A stretch of DNA of 64,000 nucleotides from positions 56,218-120,217 of the forward strand of contig CAZWKN010000001.1 of assembly GCA_964633995.1 (NCBI GenBank). The letters are read 5' to 3'. Source of the stretch: an uncultured Gammaproteobacteria bacterium (GTDB lineage: Bacteria > Patescibacteriota > Microgenomatia > CAZETR01 > Amesbacteraceae). A program made the position numbers and the translations under genes. The notes under the pieces are model-generated. The model was not told the DNA's origin. It worked only from the letters and a program-made list of their open reading frames with translations, and searched no databases. This document shows positions 9,157 through 17,619 of the stretch, piece by piece (the stretch's first letter is position 1; each line of letters begins with the position of its first letter).

Positions 9157-10077
9157 ATGATTAGTACTGAAATACATAAATTTGAGCAGCAGTTGGCCAG
9201 AGAGCTAACGCCAGAGTTGGCGGGTGTGTACGTGCAAGGGCTTCTAAAGACTGTAGAAAATGTGGAAAAAGGTGTCGATTGGCATTTTAATTTGGGGGAA
9301 AAGTTGTATGGCCCATTAATAGTGGGGTACGTCGAGTGGTTGGAGAAAAAAGTAAATGAGGTTGGTCATCAGGGGAATGTATATTTTGCCTTGCGGGACG
9401 CTGCTCCTCTAATGACGGCAGCTGAAATCATGTGGCAAGGAAAGACTCTTAAATCGGTTGGGGTGTATGTTAACCGGCCTCTGCTGGGAGTGGATGACGA
9501 AATTGCACCAGAAAAAGCTAAGGTGAATGGCGACATGAAAGCCTATTTGCAAGGTTTGGAGATAACCGGTGCGGAAAAAGTGATTTGGTCGGATACAGGG
9601 GCTTGGGGAACTGTGGTTAAGATGATGAAGCAAACCGGGTTGGTTCCAGGAAACCTTTATCCTTTATTTTGGTATAGCCACAATCCACACATACCGGGAT
9701 ATTTGAATGAATTGTTGGTTAAAGAAGGTTTGCCGGAGAAATTTGGTGAGGTGATTAATGATTCATTGGAATGTGTGTTTCCTCAGCAATGGTTACGACC
9801 ATTGGAGTTAGCATCGGTTCAGGGTGACTGGCAACCAAAATTGTTGCCGGCTGATGGTTTGTCTCGTTTGTGGGGACAGGCGGCTTTGACTGGAGTAGCT
9901 GAGGCGGCGAAGCATAGCCGGGAAGTTGTGTCGGAAGATAAGGCGATAAACCATCTGTATAAGCTACATCAAGAGGCGAAGATGGGGTTTTGCACTGGAG
10001 TACTGGCGGAAAATACTCCAACCTGGTCAAATGGAGAACAGTTTTTAGCTGAATGGTCGGAGGATTTATTACCATGA
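9157..10077 (+). CDS. Phosphoribosyltransferase-like protein (resembles the glycan-PRT domain of ribofuranosyltransferases), stand-alone
   Basis: GPLIVGYVEWL...VYFALRDA...YVNR...IWSDTGAWGTV resembles GP..F..WL/FLARDG/DxGxxGT; ATG 9157 follows GAGGGG. Confidence 0.5.
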   Translation: MISTEIHKFEQQLARELTPELAGVYVQGLLKTVENVEKGVDWHFNLGEKLYGPLIVGYVEWLEKKVNEVGHQGNVYFALRDAAPLMTAAEIMWQGKTLKSVGVYVNRPLLGVDDEIAPEKAKVNGDMKAYLQGLEITGAEKVIWSDTGAWGTVVKMMKQTGLVPGNLYPLFWYSHNPHIPGYLNELLVKEGLPEKFGEVINDSLECVFPQQWLRPLELASVQGDWQPKLLPADGLSRLWGQAALTGVAEAAKHSREVVSEDKAINHLYKLHQEAKMGFCTGVLAENTPTWSNGEQFLAEWSEDLLP

Positions 10078-10844
10078 GTAAGAAAATGATTATTGGGATG
10101 TTGCATTTGGGAGATTTGTTGGGGGATCTGGATGTGGTGGTTGAAAAAGCCTTGTTTGATATAAATGCTTTGCAGAAGGGGGGCATAGACGGGATATTGA
10201 TTGAGAATTGGAAAGAAAAATCGGTGGGTGAGACGGTATCGGTAGAAACGGCCAAGAATATGGCCGTTGTAGCAGAGAAATTAGTTAATGATATTAAAGT
10301 GCCATTTGGATTTAATGTGCTTAATAATGACTATAAAGTGGCGTTTGGGTTGGCTAAGCAGTTTGGGGCGGCATTTGTGGAGCTGGATGTGTTTGTAGAC
10401 ATGGTGAGGAGTAAGTTTGTAAGCAATTTAGAGGCGAAAGCGCACCCGTTTGTAATTGATCCTAAGCCAAGTGAAATCATAAGCTGTGCGACGGTGCCGC
10501 TGTGGTCGTTTGTTCAACCCAAACATTATGAAATGCTGGATAAGGGGAAAACTATTGAGAAGTCAACTCAGCAGGCCATAGAGGCTGGAGTGGCGGCAGT
10601 TATAGTGACAAAGGCTACTGGAGTGTCGCCAACTTTGGAATTGGTAAAGAGAGTTAAAAAGGTAGCAGGAGAGACGCCAGTGGGAATTGGCAGCGGCTTA
10701 AATGAGCAAAATGCTCAAGAGCTGCTTCAAGTGGCTGACTTTGCAATTGTGGGAACGTATTTTAAAATAAATGGAATGGTTGATAATCCAGTGGATGTTA
10801 ATAGGGTAATAAAGTTAATGAAAAAGGCAAGACAGGAACTATGA
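10074..10844 (+). CDS. BtpA/SgcQ family TIM-barrel protein
   Basis: IIGMLHL, GGIDGILIEN, PFGFNVLNND, VQPKH, IGSG, ADFAIVGTYFK, NPVD; ATGA overlap. Confidence 0.9.
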   Translation: MSKKMIIGMLHLGDLLGDLDVVVEKALFDINALQKGGIDGILIENWKEKSVGETVSVETAKNMAVVAEKLVNDIKVPFGFNVLNNDYKVAFGLAKQFGAAFVELDVFVDMVRSKFVSNLEAKAHPFVIDPKPSEIISCATVPLWSFVQPKHYEMLDKGKTIEKSTQQAIEAGVAAVIVTKATGVSPTLELVKRVKKVAGETPVGIGSGLNEQNAQELLQVADFAIVGTYFKINGMVDNPVDVNRVIKLMKKARQEL

Positions 10845-11194
10845 AAAATATAGCTATTAAGTCAACTATAAAGTTGGATGATTTGGAGAAGGTAGACATT
10901 CGTGTGGGGACAATTGAAAAAGTAGAGGATGTGATGGGTTCAGATAAGCTGGTGAAATTAAGCGTTAATTTTGGTGACTTTAAGAGACAGATATTGGTGG
11001 GAATGAAACAAGAGAGGGAAAACCCTAGGGAGATTGAAGGTAAACAGGCGTTGTTTGTAGTCAACTTGGAGCCGAGAAAGATGGCCGGAGAAATGTCAGA
11101 AGGAATGTTGTTTGATATCGGGTATGCGAATGGGATTACGCCAGTATTGGCAGTTCCAGAGGTACAAGTGCCGGATGGGGTAATTGCGGGATAG
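10841..11194 (+). CDS. Stand-alone tRNA-binding OB-fold protein (Trbp111/CsaA/MetRS C-terminal type)
   Basis: KVDIRVGTI, SDKL, VVNLEPRKMAGEMSEGML; ATGA overlap. Confidence 0.9.
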   Translation: MKNIAIKSTIKLDDLEKVDIRVGTIEKVEDVMGSDKLVKLSVNFGDFKRQILVGMKQERENPREIEGKQALFVVNLEPRKMAGEMSEGMLFDIGYANGITPVLAVPEVQVPDGVIAG

Positions 11195-11269
11195 TCTAAT
11201 GAGTTTAGGTTCGATTTCAGTTGGCCGTTGATACAGTTTGATACAAAAATTAGCCTCGAAATTTACGGG

Positions 11270-11341
11270 CAGGGGCGCCAGGATTCGGACCTGGACGAAA
11301 GGTTTTGGAGACCCTCATGCTACCATTGACATTACGCCCCT
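11270..11341 (-). tRNA. tRNA-Trp(CCA)
   Basis: Acceptor AGGGGCG/CGCCCCT, anticodon loop CT-CCA-AA; 3' CCA not encoded. Confidence 0.92.
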
Positions 11342-11388
11342 ATGCAAACATTTTACCCTGACTTGAGTAAATATGGTATGATTTTAGG

Positions 11389-11727
11389 ATGGATTGGGAT
11401 AAGTATTTAAACAAAGCGGAATTTGAGCAGGCTTTGAGTGGTTTGGGTGGACAAGTTGACTTTATAGAGGACGAATGGCAGAAGTTTAGGAAAATATTTA
11501 CCGTCACCTGCCTCAATAATGCTTTTTTACAGCTATCGGAGCCGGAAAGGACAGAGATTATGTCAGGTGTTGATTTACAGGCTCAAGGGGGATCACAGTT
11601 GTTTGTAGATAGATTGGAAAAGTATTTATCGGAGCATGGTGATAAAATTAATGATCTGGAGGGATTGGCAAAACGGAGTGCGTTGCAAGCTAAGGAAATT
11701 TATTTAAGGACGATATCGAAAACATGA
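11389..11727 (+). CDS. Hypothetical protein
   Basis: TATGAT 6 nt upstream of ATG. Confidence 0.65.
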   Translation: MDWDKYLNKAEFEQALSGLGGQVDFIEDEWQKFRKIFTVTCLNNAFLQLSEPERTEIMSGVDLQAQGGSQLFVDRLEKYLSEHGDKINDLEGLAKRSALQAKEIYLRTISKT

Positions 11728-12176
11728 GCGATAGTGGACTTTCTGAATCATATCAAGCGCGAGAAGCATCGAGAAAAGCGTCAGTAAATCGGACTGGTTG
11801 GATTAACGATGCAGTCCATGGGCTTGGAATGGCGGGGGGAGTAGTTGTAGGAGCTGTGGTGGGTAAGGAAGCAGTGCTTAAGGGTTTTGAATGGAGTGGT
11901 TTTCCGGGGGCATCGATTATTTTGAATGAAGTAATGACTGGAGCGACTAAAGTGGATATTGCCATGAGATGGATAGGTGCGAATGTTCCACCTGAGGTGA
12001 CGAATGATGTGTTACTTGCGGCGGGAGCTATGGCGGTTGTATCTGCTTTAATAACATGGGGTGTAATTGAGTTGGGGATGCATGCTGCCTTGGGGAGTTT
12101 AAGAAGTGCGGTTGATAAACCAAGAAAATTGAATCCCTTAGAGCAAGTTAAGAGCAAAAGAGGCAAACTTCGGTAA
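11724..12176 (+). CDS. Hypothetical membrane protein
   Basis: ATGA overlap; two hydrophobic Gly/Ala-rich segments. Confidence 0.6.
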   Translation: MSDSGLSESYQAREASRKASVNRTGWINDAVHGLGMAGGVVVGAVVGKEAVLKGFEWSGFPGASIILNEVMTGATKVDIAMRWIGANVPPEVTNDVLLAAGAMAVVSALITWGVIELGMHAALGSLRSAVDKPRKLNPLEQVKSKRGKLR

Positions 12177-12211
12177 TTGACTTTTGGGTTTGGAATGATT
12201 AAAAATGCGGT

Positions 12212-12574
12212 ATGAGGTCGAGTGAGTATTTTGATACAAAGATGGTGTTGGCATTTCCTAGGACGGCGGCATACCTTAAAAGTATTGATGTCGATAGGTC
12301 TGACGCTTTGGATTTGATAGTTTGGGAGATGATGTTGGATAAAAAGAAATTTGAAGAATTGGCGGATGCGCTAGGCCGGAAGTTTAGACATGGGCGAGGT
12401 GAGGTGCCGGCGTGGGATAGGGGGGAACGGAAAACTGTGGTCAGGCGTCAGGCTGGAGGAGCCGATAAATATCGGTATTTTGTTTTGGGGGCGGATGGAA
12501 ATTGGGGCGAACTGGAAGAGCGGGTGTGGGTGGTGGGAATGGTTGAGCTATACAAAAAGCGGAAGGCTATTTGA
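12212..12574 (+). CDS. Hypothetical protein
   Basis: 120-aa ORF with upstream TTGACT/-10-like elements. Confidence 0.55.
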   Translation: MRSSEYFDTKMVLAFPRTAAYLKSIDVDRSDALDLIVWEMMLDKKKFEELADALGRKFRHGRGEVPAWDRGERKTVVRRQAGGADKYRYFVLGADGNWGELEERVWVVGMVELYKKRKAI

Positions 12575-12740
12575 GCTTTGAGGATTCTTTATGCAGGGTG
12601 TGTTTTCTACACCTGCGGCAATATTTGTTTAATTCAAGCTTTTCGGTGGTGTTGACCTTGTTTTTTTGGGACAAGTAATTTTGGGATTTACAAACCGAAC
12701 AGATGAAAGCAAATGTCTGACGTGCGCCTTTTTTGGCCAT
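12567..12740 (-). CDS. rpmG: 50S ribosomal protein L33 (Zn-binding form); not in the ORF track
   Basis: [57 protein letters not shown]. Confidence 0.95.
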   Translation of the reverse strand: MAKKGARQTFAFICSVCKSQNYLSQKNKVNTTEKLELNKYCRRCRKHTLHKESSKLK

Positions 12741-12810
12741 ATATGAAAAAATTCTAAATCCTAAAGTCTAAGGACCAAATAACTGGTTAATTATACTCTA
12801 ACAGGATAAA

Positions 12811-12846
12811 AAAAACACTCCCAAGTAAGTGCTTGGGAGTGTTTTT
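12811..12846. terminator. Intrinsic terminator (bidirectional form)
   Basis: AAAAACACTCCCAAG...CTTGGGAGTGTTTTT hairpin after the small minus-strand ORF. Confidence 0.85.
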
Positions 12847-12852
12847 GTGTAG

Positions 12853-13053
12853 TTACTGGGTAGTTGTGGGTGGAGTAGTTACAGTTGCGGCTGCAGAGTC
12901 TACGGCTGCTTGAGCAGCAGAGGCGTCTGGAGCTGGCGTCGGAGCAGCTGTGACTGGCTCCAAGGGGACGCCGCATTTTTGACAAACAAAAACTGTCCCG
13001 GCATCGGTTTGCACGGTTTGACAGTTGGTACAAGTTACTGGTGTTTGATCCAA
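12853..13053 (-). CDS. Small zinc-ribbon protein with Ala/Thr/Pro-rich tail
   Basis: AAAGGAGGTGA SD then TTG; CTNC...CQKC; followed by a terminator. Confidence 0.7.
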   Translation of the reverse strand: MDQTPVTCTNCQTVQTDAGTVFVCQKCGVPLEPVTAAPTPAPDASAAQAAVDSAAATVTTPPTTTQ

Positions 13054-13136
13054 TGAAATCACCTCCTTTATTAATTGCTCTTTTTACTCTAGCTTGCATT
13101 GACAGAGTTGTAAAGACGGAAGACAATATATGGTAA

Positions 13137-14327
13137 ATGAGCACTGCCCTGTTTAATTTGTCTGGAATGTCGTCTCCTGTGGAGATAGTGGATCAAGTGG
13201 TGGAGCAGGCGATTAGGCTTAAAGTGTCGGATATTTTGCTTGAGCCGCAGGAGCGGGAAGTGTTGGTAAGGTTTAGGGTGGATGGGGTGCTTCAAACATT
13301 TGGGTCCATGCCCATGGGGTCGTATGAGCAGGTGTTGTCGAGGATTAAGATCCTGGGCAATATGGATGTGACGGAAAGTCGGAAACCCCAGGAAGGAAAA
13401 ATTCGGGTGGACATTGAGGGACATGCATATGTTTTGAGAGCGGCGGTAGTGAGTACAAACTTTGGTCAAATGGCGGCACTTCGGGTCTTGGATATGCCAC
13501 AATTTACAGAGTTTGAACAGCTGGGAATGGGGGCTGATTTGGCTAAAAGAATTGAAAAGAATATTTCGGGAAGATATGGATTGTTTTTGGTGTGTGGGCC
13601 AACTGGATCCGGGAAAACCACGACAGTACACTCGTGTCTGAAGAAATTAAACACGGGAGAGGTAAATATCATGACTCTTGAGGATCCGGTGGAGTATGTG
13701 ATGCCGGGAATTAACCAAATTGAAGTTGGGGGTGACATTGGATTGGATTTCGTTTCTGGGCTTCGGATGATTTTGAGACTGAACCCGGATATTGTATTTG
13801 TTGGGGAGATTAGGGATGCGGAAACGGCGAAAATTGCAATCCAGGCGTCATTGACTGGGCATCTGGTGATATCTACAATACATGGTCGGAATAGCGTAGG
13901 GGCTTTGTATAGACTGATGGATTTGGGAGTAGATAAATATATGCTTAACTATGCTTTGAGGGCAATTTTGTCCCAGAGGCTCATGAGGCGGGTGTGTGAA
14001 CGGTGTAGAGAAACCTATACCCCGACGGCCGAGGAGATACGGATTTATTCCGAGGAAAAAGGGAGTGGTCCTGTAGGATTGGTGCATGGTCGGGGGTGCG
14101 AATATTGTAATAATTCAAAATACAGGGGTAGGGTGGGGATATACGAACTTTTGGAGATGGACGACGATATAAGAAAATTGGTAATTTCTGGCGCGTCTGA
14201 AACCGAATTTCGGTCGGAAATGGTGCAGAGGGGGTTTGTGGGGATGGATAAAGAAGGAATTAGGCTTGTTGATGAGGGTGTCACAAGTATCAGAGAGTTT
14301 GTGAGAACAATGTATGACGCAAAGTAG
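13137..14327 (+). CDS. GspE/PilB family secretion/pilus ATPase (no N-terminal MshEN region)
   Basis: GPTGSGKTTT, TLEDPVE, LRLNPD..VGEIRD, TGHLVISTIH, tetracysteine motif. Confidence 0.92.
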   Translation: MSTALFNLSGMSSPVEIVDQVVEQAIRLKVSDILLEPQEREVLVRFRVDGVLQTFGSMPMGSYEQVLSRIKILGNMDVTESRKPQEGKIRVDIEGHAYVLRAAVVSTNFGQMAALRVLDMPQFTEFEQLGMGADLAKRIEKNISGRYGLFLVCGPTGSGKTTTVHSCLKKLNTGEVNIMTLEDPVEYVMPGINQIEVGGDIGLDFVSGLRMILRLNPDIVFVGEIRDAETAKIAIQASLTGHLVISTIHGRNSVGALYRLMDLGVDKYMLNYALRAILSQRLMRRVCERCRETYTPTAEEIRIYSEEKGSGPVGLVHGRGCEYCNNSKYRGRVGIYELLEMDDDIRKLVISGASETEFRSEMVQRGFVGMDKEGIRLVDEGVTSIREFVRTMYDAK

Positions 14328-14334
14328 GAGAGTT

Positions 14335-14409
14335 TGGAGCCTGGTCTGAGAATCGGACTCAGGACCTCATTCTTACCAAGAATGCGTTCTGCCACTGAAC
14401 TAACCAGGC
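14335..14409 (-). tRNA. tRNA-Thr(GGT)
   Basis: CATTC-TT-GGT-AA-GAATG anticodon arm, encoded CCA. Confidence 0.92.
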
Positions 14410-14429
14410 ACGGGGAAATTTTACATTAA

Positions 14430-14810
14430 TCAGTTGTTTTTTTCTTTGGAAGTTTTTCTGGCCTCGTAAATGGGTTTGGTAATTTCTTCACACTGAAACA
14501 CCAGGTGGGAGTGGGCGGCGGTGGAGATGTATTCCAGAGTTAGGCATAAATCTACAAGTGCGGTGATTTTGGCAATAATAATAAGACAATGATCAAGGGA
14601 TTCGTGCAGCCGAGTTTCAGAAGTACGGGTGTAACCGACGGCAAATTCCCCAACTAAGTTGCCTGCAAGTGATCTGATATCTTTGATGATGCCGTATTTT
14701 TCAAACTCAGGTAACTTGCCGGAAAAGGTGTACAGATCCTTGGCAAACATCTGGAGTTGCTCGTAGAGGATTTTGTTTTGATGCCGGAAGGGGAGATTTG
14801 ACATGGCCAC
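14430..14810 (-). CDS. Four-helix-bundle protein (23S-IVP/Avd-like), divergent
   Basis: LYTFSGKLPEFEKYGIIKDIR...AVGY resembles FP.EEKYGL.SQIRR...AEG. Confidence 0.7.
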   Translation of the reverse strand: MAMSNLPFRHQNKILYEQLQMFAKDLYTFSGKLPEFEKYGIIKDIRSLAGNLVGEFAVGYTRTSETRLHESLDHCLIIIAKITALVDLCLTLEYISTAAHSHLVFQCEEITKPIYEARKTSKEKNN

Positions 14811-14812
14811 GA

Positions 14813-15691
14813 TTATTGGGTTTTTTTGCGGCGGGCGAAATAGAGAACGATGGCGAGTGCCGGAATCCAGAGAACTGAATAGACTGTAAGCCAGATGAGG
14901 GCAGTGCCGATGCTTTGGATAGAGGACATGAGAGTTCTTACTGCAGTTTTAAAGATAACTTGGGGCCTCCAGGGCTGAGAAGGGCTATATGGCAGGGAAA
15001 GTTCGTCTGTGGATAGATTTATGGAGACGAGGGATGTGGAAGTGGTGTTTTCCAAATATTGCTTTTGGCCCTTGTACGAATCTATTTGATCCTGAATTTG
15101 GAAGATGGATTGTTGAACGCGGAGTATTTCGTCTACATTTTTTGCCCTACTCAAAATATCTTCAAACGTAGATTTGGTTTGGGTTAAGGTGTTTAGCCTG
15201 GATTCGATGTCTAAATATTGATCAGTGACGTCGGTGCCTGATACGTTTTCAGAGACGACTCGGACGGCCAGGTTTCGAATGGTTTCTAAAAAGGTTTCGA
15301 GTTTGGTTGACGGGACACGGACAGAAATATACCCAGTGGCTCCTCCTTCAGGATATTGGGCGGATGAGTTGACCATGAAGCCTCCGACAGATTCAGCTTG
15401 AGATCTGATGTCTTGAGTTGATTTTTTGACATTTTTGACCAATAGGGAAAAATCGGAATTGGTGACGGTTTTGCGGTTTGTTAGGGGGATGTTTGGGTTG
15501 GCAGACTCCGGTATTGGCAAAAGGGATCTACTCATGCCGAGACTGGCCACGCCGACACTGTCAGAATACGTAGGAGCGGACATTTTAAGGGTGGAGACAC
15601 CAAATAGGGGGATGGTTAGCGATTTGCCAAGAAGAAAAATTACAACCAGAAGTAGAAATGAAGAGAGCTTGTTGGATTTGATCCACTTCAT
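14813..15691 (-). CDS. DUF4349-like membrane protein
   Basis: ISVRVP, DVTDQYLDIESRL, coiled coil, C-terminal TM. Confidence 0.85.
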   Translation of the reverse strand: MKWIKSNKLSSFLLLVVIFLLGKSLTIPLFGVSTLKMSAPTYSDSVGVASLGMSRSLLPIPESANPNIPLTNRKTVTNSDFSLLVKNVKKSTQDIRSQAESVGGFMVNSSAQYPEGGATGYISVRVPSTKLETFLETIRNLAVRVVSENVSGTDVTDQYLDIESRLNTLTQTKSTFEDILSRAKNVDEILRVQQSIFQIQDQIDSYKGQKQYLENTTSTSLVSINLSTDELSLPYSPSQPWRPQVIFKTAVRTLMSSIQSIGTALIWLTVYSVLWIPALAIVLYFARRKKTQ

Positions 15692-15719
15692 GTTTTTATA
15701 TTAACACAAGTTTGTTTTG

Positions 15720-15780
15720 TGTGCCGGGAGCAGGATGTTGGCTTGCGCCAAGAATCCTGTGTTTGTGCCGGGAGCAGGAT
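15720..15780. repeat. 17-bp direct repeat of the tRNA-Tyr 3' end
   Basis: TGTGCCGGGAGCAGGAT at 15720-15736 and 15764-15780. Confidence 0.9.
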
Positions 15781-15848
15781 TCGAACCTACGAAGGCGAAA
15801 GCCATGTGATTTACAGTCACACCTCGTTGACCGCTTGAGTATCCCGGC
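15766..15848 (-). tRNA. tRNA-Tyr(GTA)
   Basis: TGTGA-CT-GTA-AA-TCACA, long variable arm, GGTTCGAATCC. Confidence 0.95.
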
Positions 15849-15891
15849 AATGAAATGATTATAAAGCAGGAGAGTAGAAGAGTAAAAGATT

Positions 15892-15966
15892 TGGAGCCGG
15901 GAGGGAATTTTGCAATCCCGACCTGAGCTTTACAAAAGCCCTGCTCTACTTCTGAGCTATCCCGGC
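15892..15966 (-). tRNA. tRNA-Thr(TGT), atypical D and T loops
   Basis: Acceptor GCCGGGA/TCCCGGC, GGGCT-TT-TGT-AA-AGCTC, encoded CCA. Confidence 0.85.
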
Positions 15967-15990
15967 GTAGAGCTATTTTAACAAAAAAGT

Positions 15991-16174
15991 GTCCCGCCAA
16001 TCAGGTGTTTAAGGTATCTCCCCCGAGTCAAATGAAAGTGGGCTGGCTACCCTGTCAATAATGCTTGAGGCAGGGATGTCCTTACGGGTACTAGGACCCA
16101 TAAAAATTTGCGCCGTGCCCTTCGAGAGAAAAATAGTCAAGGAAAATGTCCCTAACGATCCTTCTTGGCAGGAC
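15991..16174 (-). ncRNA. 6S RNA-like non-coding RNA
   Basis: 184 nt closed by GTCCTGCCAA/TTGGCGGGAC; TATAAT about 6 nt upstream; no convincing ORF. Confidence 0.55.
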
Positions 16175-16204
16175 AAATATATTATACGGGATTGTCAACA
16201 TAAA

Positions 16205-16239
16205 AAGTGCTAAGTGCAAAGTACTAAGTACTAAGGGTT
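16205..16239. repeat. Heptamer tandem repeat (AAGTRCT family), intergenic
   Basis: aagtgct aagtgca aagtact aagtact aagggtt. Confidence 0.85.
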
Positions 16240-16825
16240 AGGGTTGGCCGATGAGGAGGTTGATGATGAGGTGGGAGATGGGAGAAAGAACTGTGGAGGC
16301 CAGGCCGGTAAAAATCAAAATCATAAGTAGTAGAAAGTGGGTTTGAGAAGGTGCGCCGTAGTGATTGGTAAAGATTTTGGACCCGTCTAATGGAGCGATG
16401 GGAATTAGGTTAAAAAGGGCAAGGTTTACATTGAGACTTATAAGAGAATAAAGGACAGTGCTAAGGGTAAAGGGCAAAGTACTAAGGCGAAAAATCAGAG
16501 AAAGTATAATTGCGAGAAGAAGATTGCTGGCGGGACCGGCTAAAGCAACCAGGCGGACATCTTTTGCGGGGTTTCTGAGATTGTATGGGTCAAACGGGGC
16601 GGGTTTGCCCCAGCCAAAGGTGCCGGTAACTAGCAGAATTAGCGTGCCCATGGGATCCAGGTGGGCTAGGGGGTTTAGGGTAAGCCTGCCCATCGATTCC
16701 GGGGTGGGGTCGCCCAGCCGGTCTGCCATAAAGCAGTGGGCGGCTTCGTGTATGCCTATGGCAATAATTATGCCGCCAAATATAACCACAAAAGCGAAGG
16801 GGTTGGAAAAAAGTAAACCGAGCAT
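16238..16825 (-). CDS. Site-2 protease (M50)
   Basis: HEAAH, GPASN, FNLIPIAPLDG. Confidence 0.92.
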   Translation of the reverse strand: MLGLLFSNPFAFVVIFGGIIIAIGIHEAAHCFMADRLGDPTPESMGRLTLNPLAHLDPMGTLILLVTGTFGWGKPAPFDPYNLRNPAKDVRLVALAGPASNLLLAIILSLIFRLSTLPFTLSTVLYSLISLNVNLALFNLIPIAPLDGSKIFTNHYGAPSQTHFLLLMILIFTGLASTVLSPISHLIINLLIGQP

Positions 16826-16869
16826 GGGTTTATTCTAACATTTTGACAAGTAGGTATAAAATCAAACGT

Positions 16870-17619
16870 ATGGCTGGTGGCGAACGAATAATTACTTCTT
16901 TGTGGGCCAATGTCCCTATTCCGACGGGAGGTAGGATGGACGGGTGGAAGGCTATTCCTATCGCCTCGGAGTTGAGTGCAAACGAGAAACTGATCGATTT
17001 AGCAAAGTTGCCCTCTGGATATGGCATTGTGGTTGAGCCTAAATATTTTCTTGACGGGGTGTCTGGGGCCACTTTTGAGCAAAAACTACGAGAGGAAGCG
17101 GTGGTGAGGTTAGTTAGAGCGGCCAGGCTGGTGGCAAGCGAAGGTTTGAGAATAAAAGTATGGGATGCCCATAGACCACTTGAAACACAGCAGGGTTTAT
17201 TTGATGGTTTTTGGAGAATGCTCTCTGTCGCTAGTCCAAGCTTAAGTTATGAACAGCTGATGGCGCTTACCCAAACATACGTTTCGGTTCCAAGTGAGAA
17301 TATAACTAGGCCGTCTCCACATTTTACTGGGGGACCGGTGGACGTAACATTGGTTGATAGAGCGGGTAGAGAACTAAATATGGGTACCGGTTTTGACCAT
17401 TTTGGCCCCGAAGCGGCAACGGCGTATTTTGAGAATCCACGAAATATTGTGACGTTGAGTGATGTGGAGGCTATGATGAACAGGCGACGGTTATATCATG
17501 CAATGATTGGGGCAGGGTTTTCTAATTATTCTGAAGAATGGTGGCATTTTGATTTTGGAAATCAATTCTACGCCAGAATGACGGGGCGGCAAGCAAAGTA
17601 TGGACCTATCGCAAAATAA
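16870..17619 (+). CDS. VanX/DdpX-type D-Ala-D-Ala dipeptidase (M15D)
   Basis: WDAHRP, SPHFTGGPVDVTL, LNMGTGFD, EEWWHF. Confidence 0.88.
   Translation: MAGGERIITSLWANVPIPTGGRMDGWKAIPIASELSANEKLIDLAKLPSGYGIVVEPKYFLDGVSGATFEQKLREEAVVRLVRAARLVASEGLRIKVWDAHRPLETQQGLFDGFWRMLSVASPSLSYEQLMALTQTYVSVPSENITRPSPHFTGGPVDVTLVDRAGRELNMGTGFDHFGPEAATAYFENPRNIVTLSDVEAMMNRRRLYHAMIGAGFSNYSEEWWHFDFGNQFYARMTGRQAKYGPIAK

Noticed and set aside
14430-14810. Diversity-generating retroelement suggested by the Avd-like gene
   Set aside because: No reverse transcriptase or TR/VR pair seen in the window
16205-16239. Heptamer arrays as CRISPR
   Set aside because: No unique spacers, units too short, no cas genes
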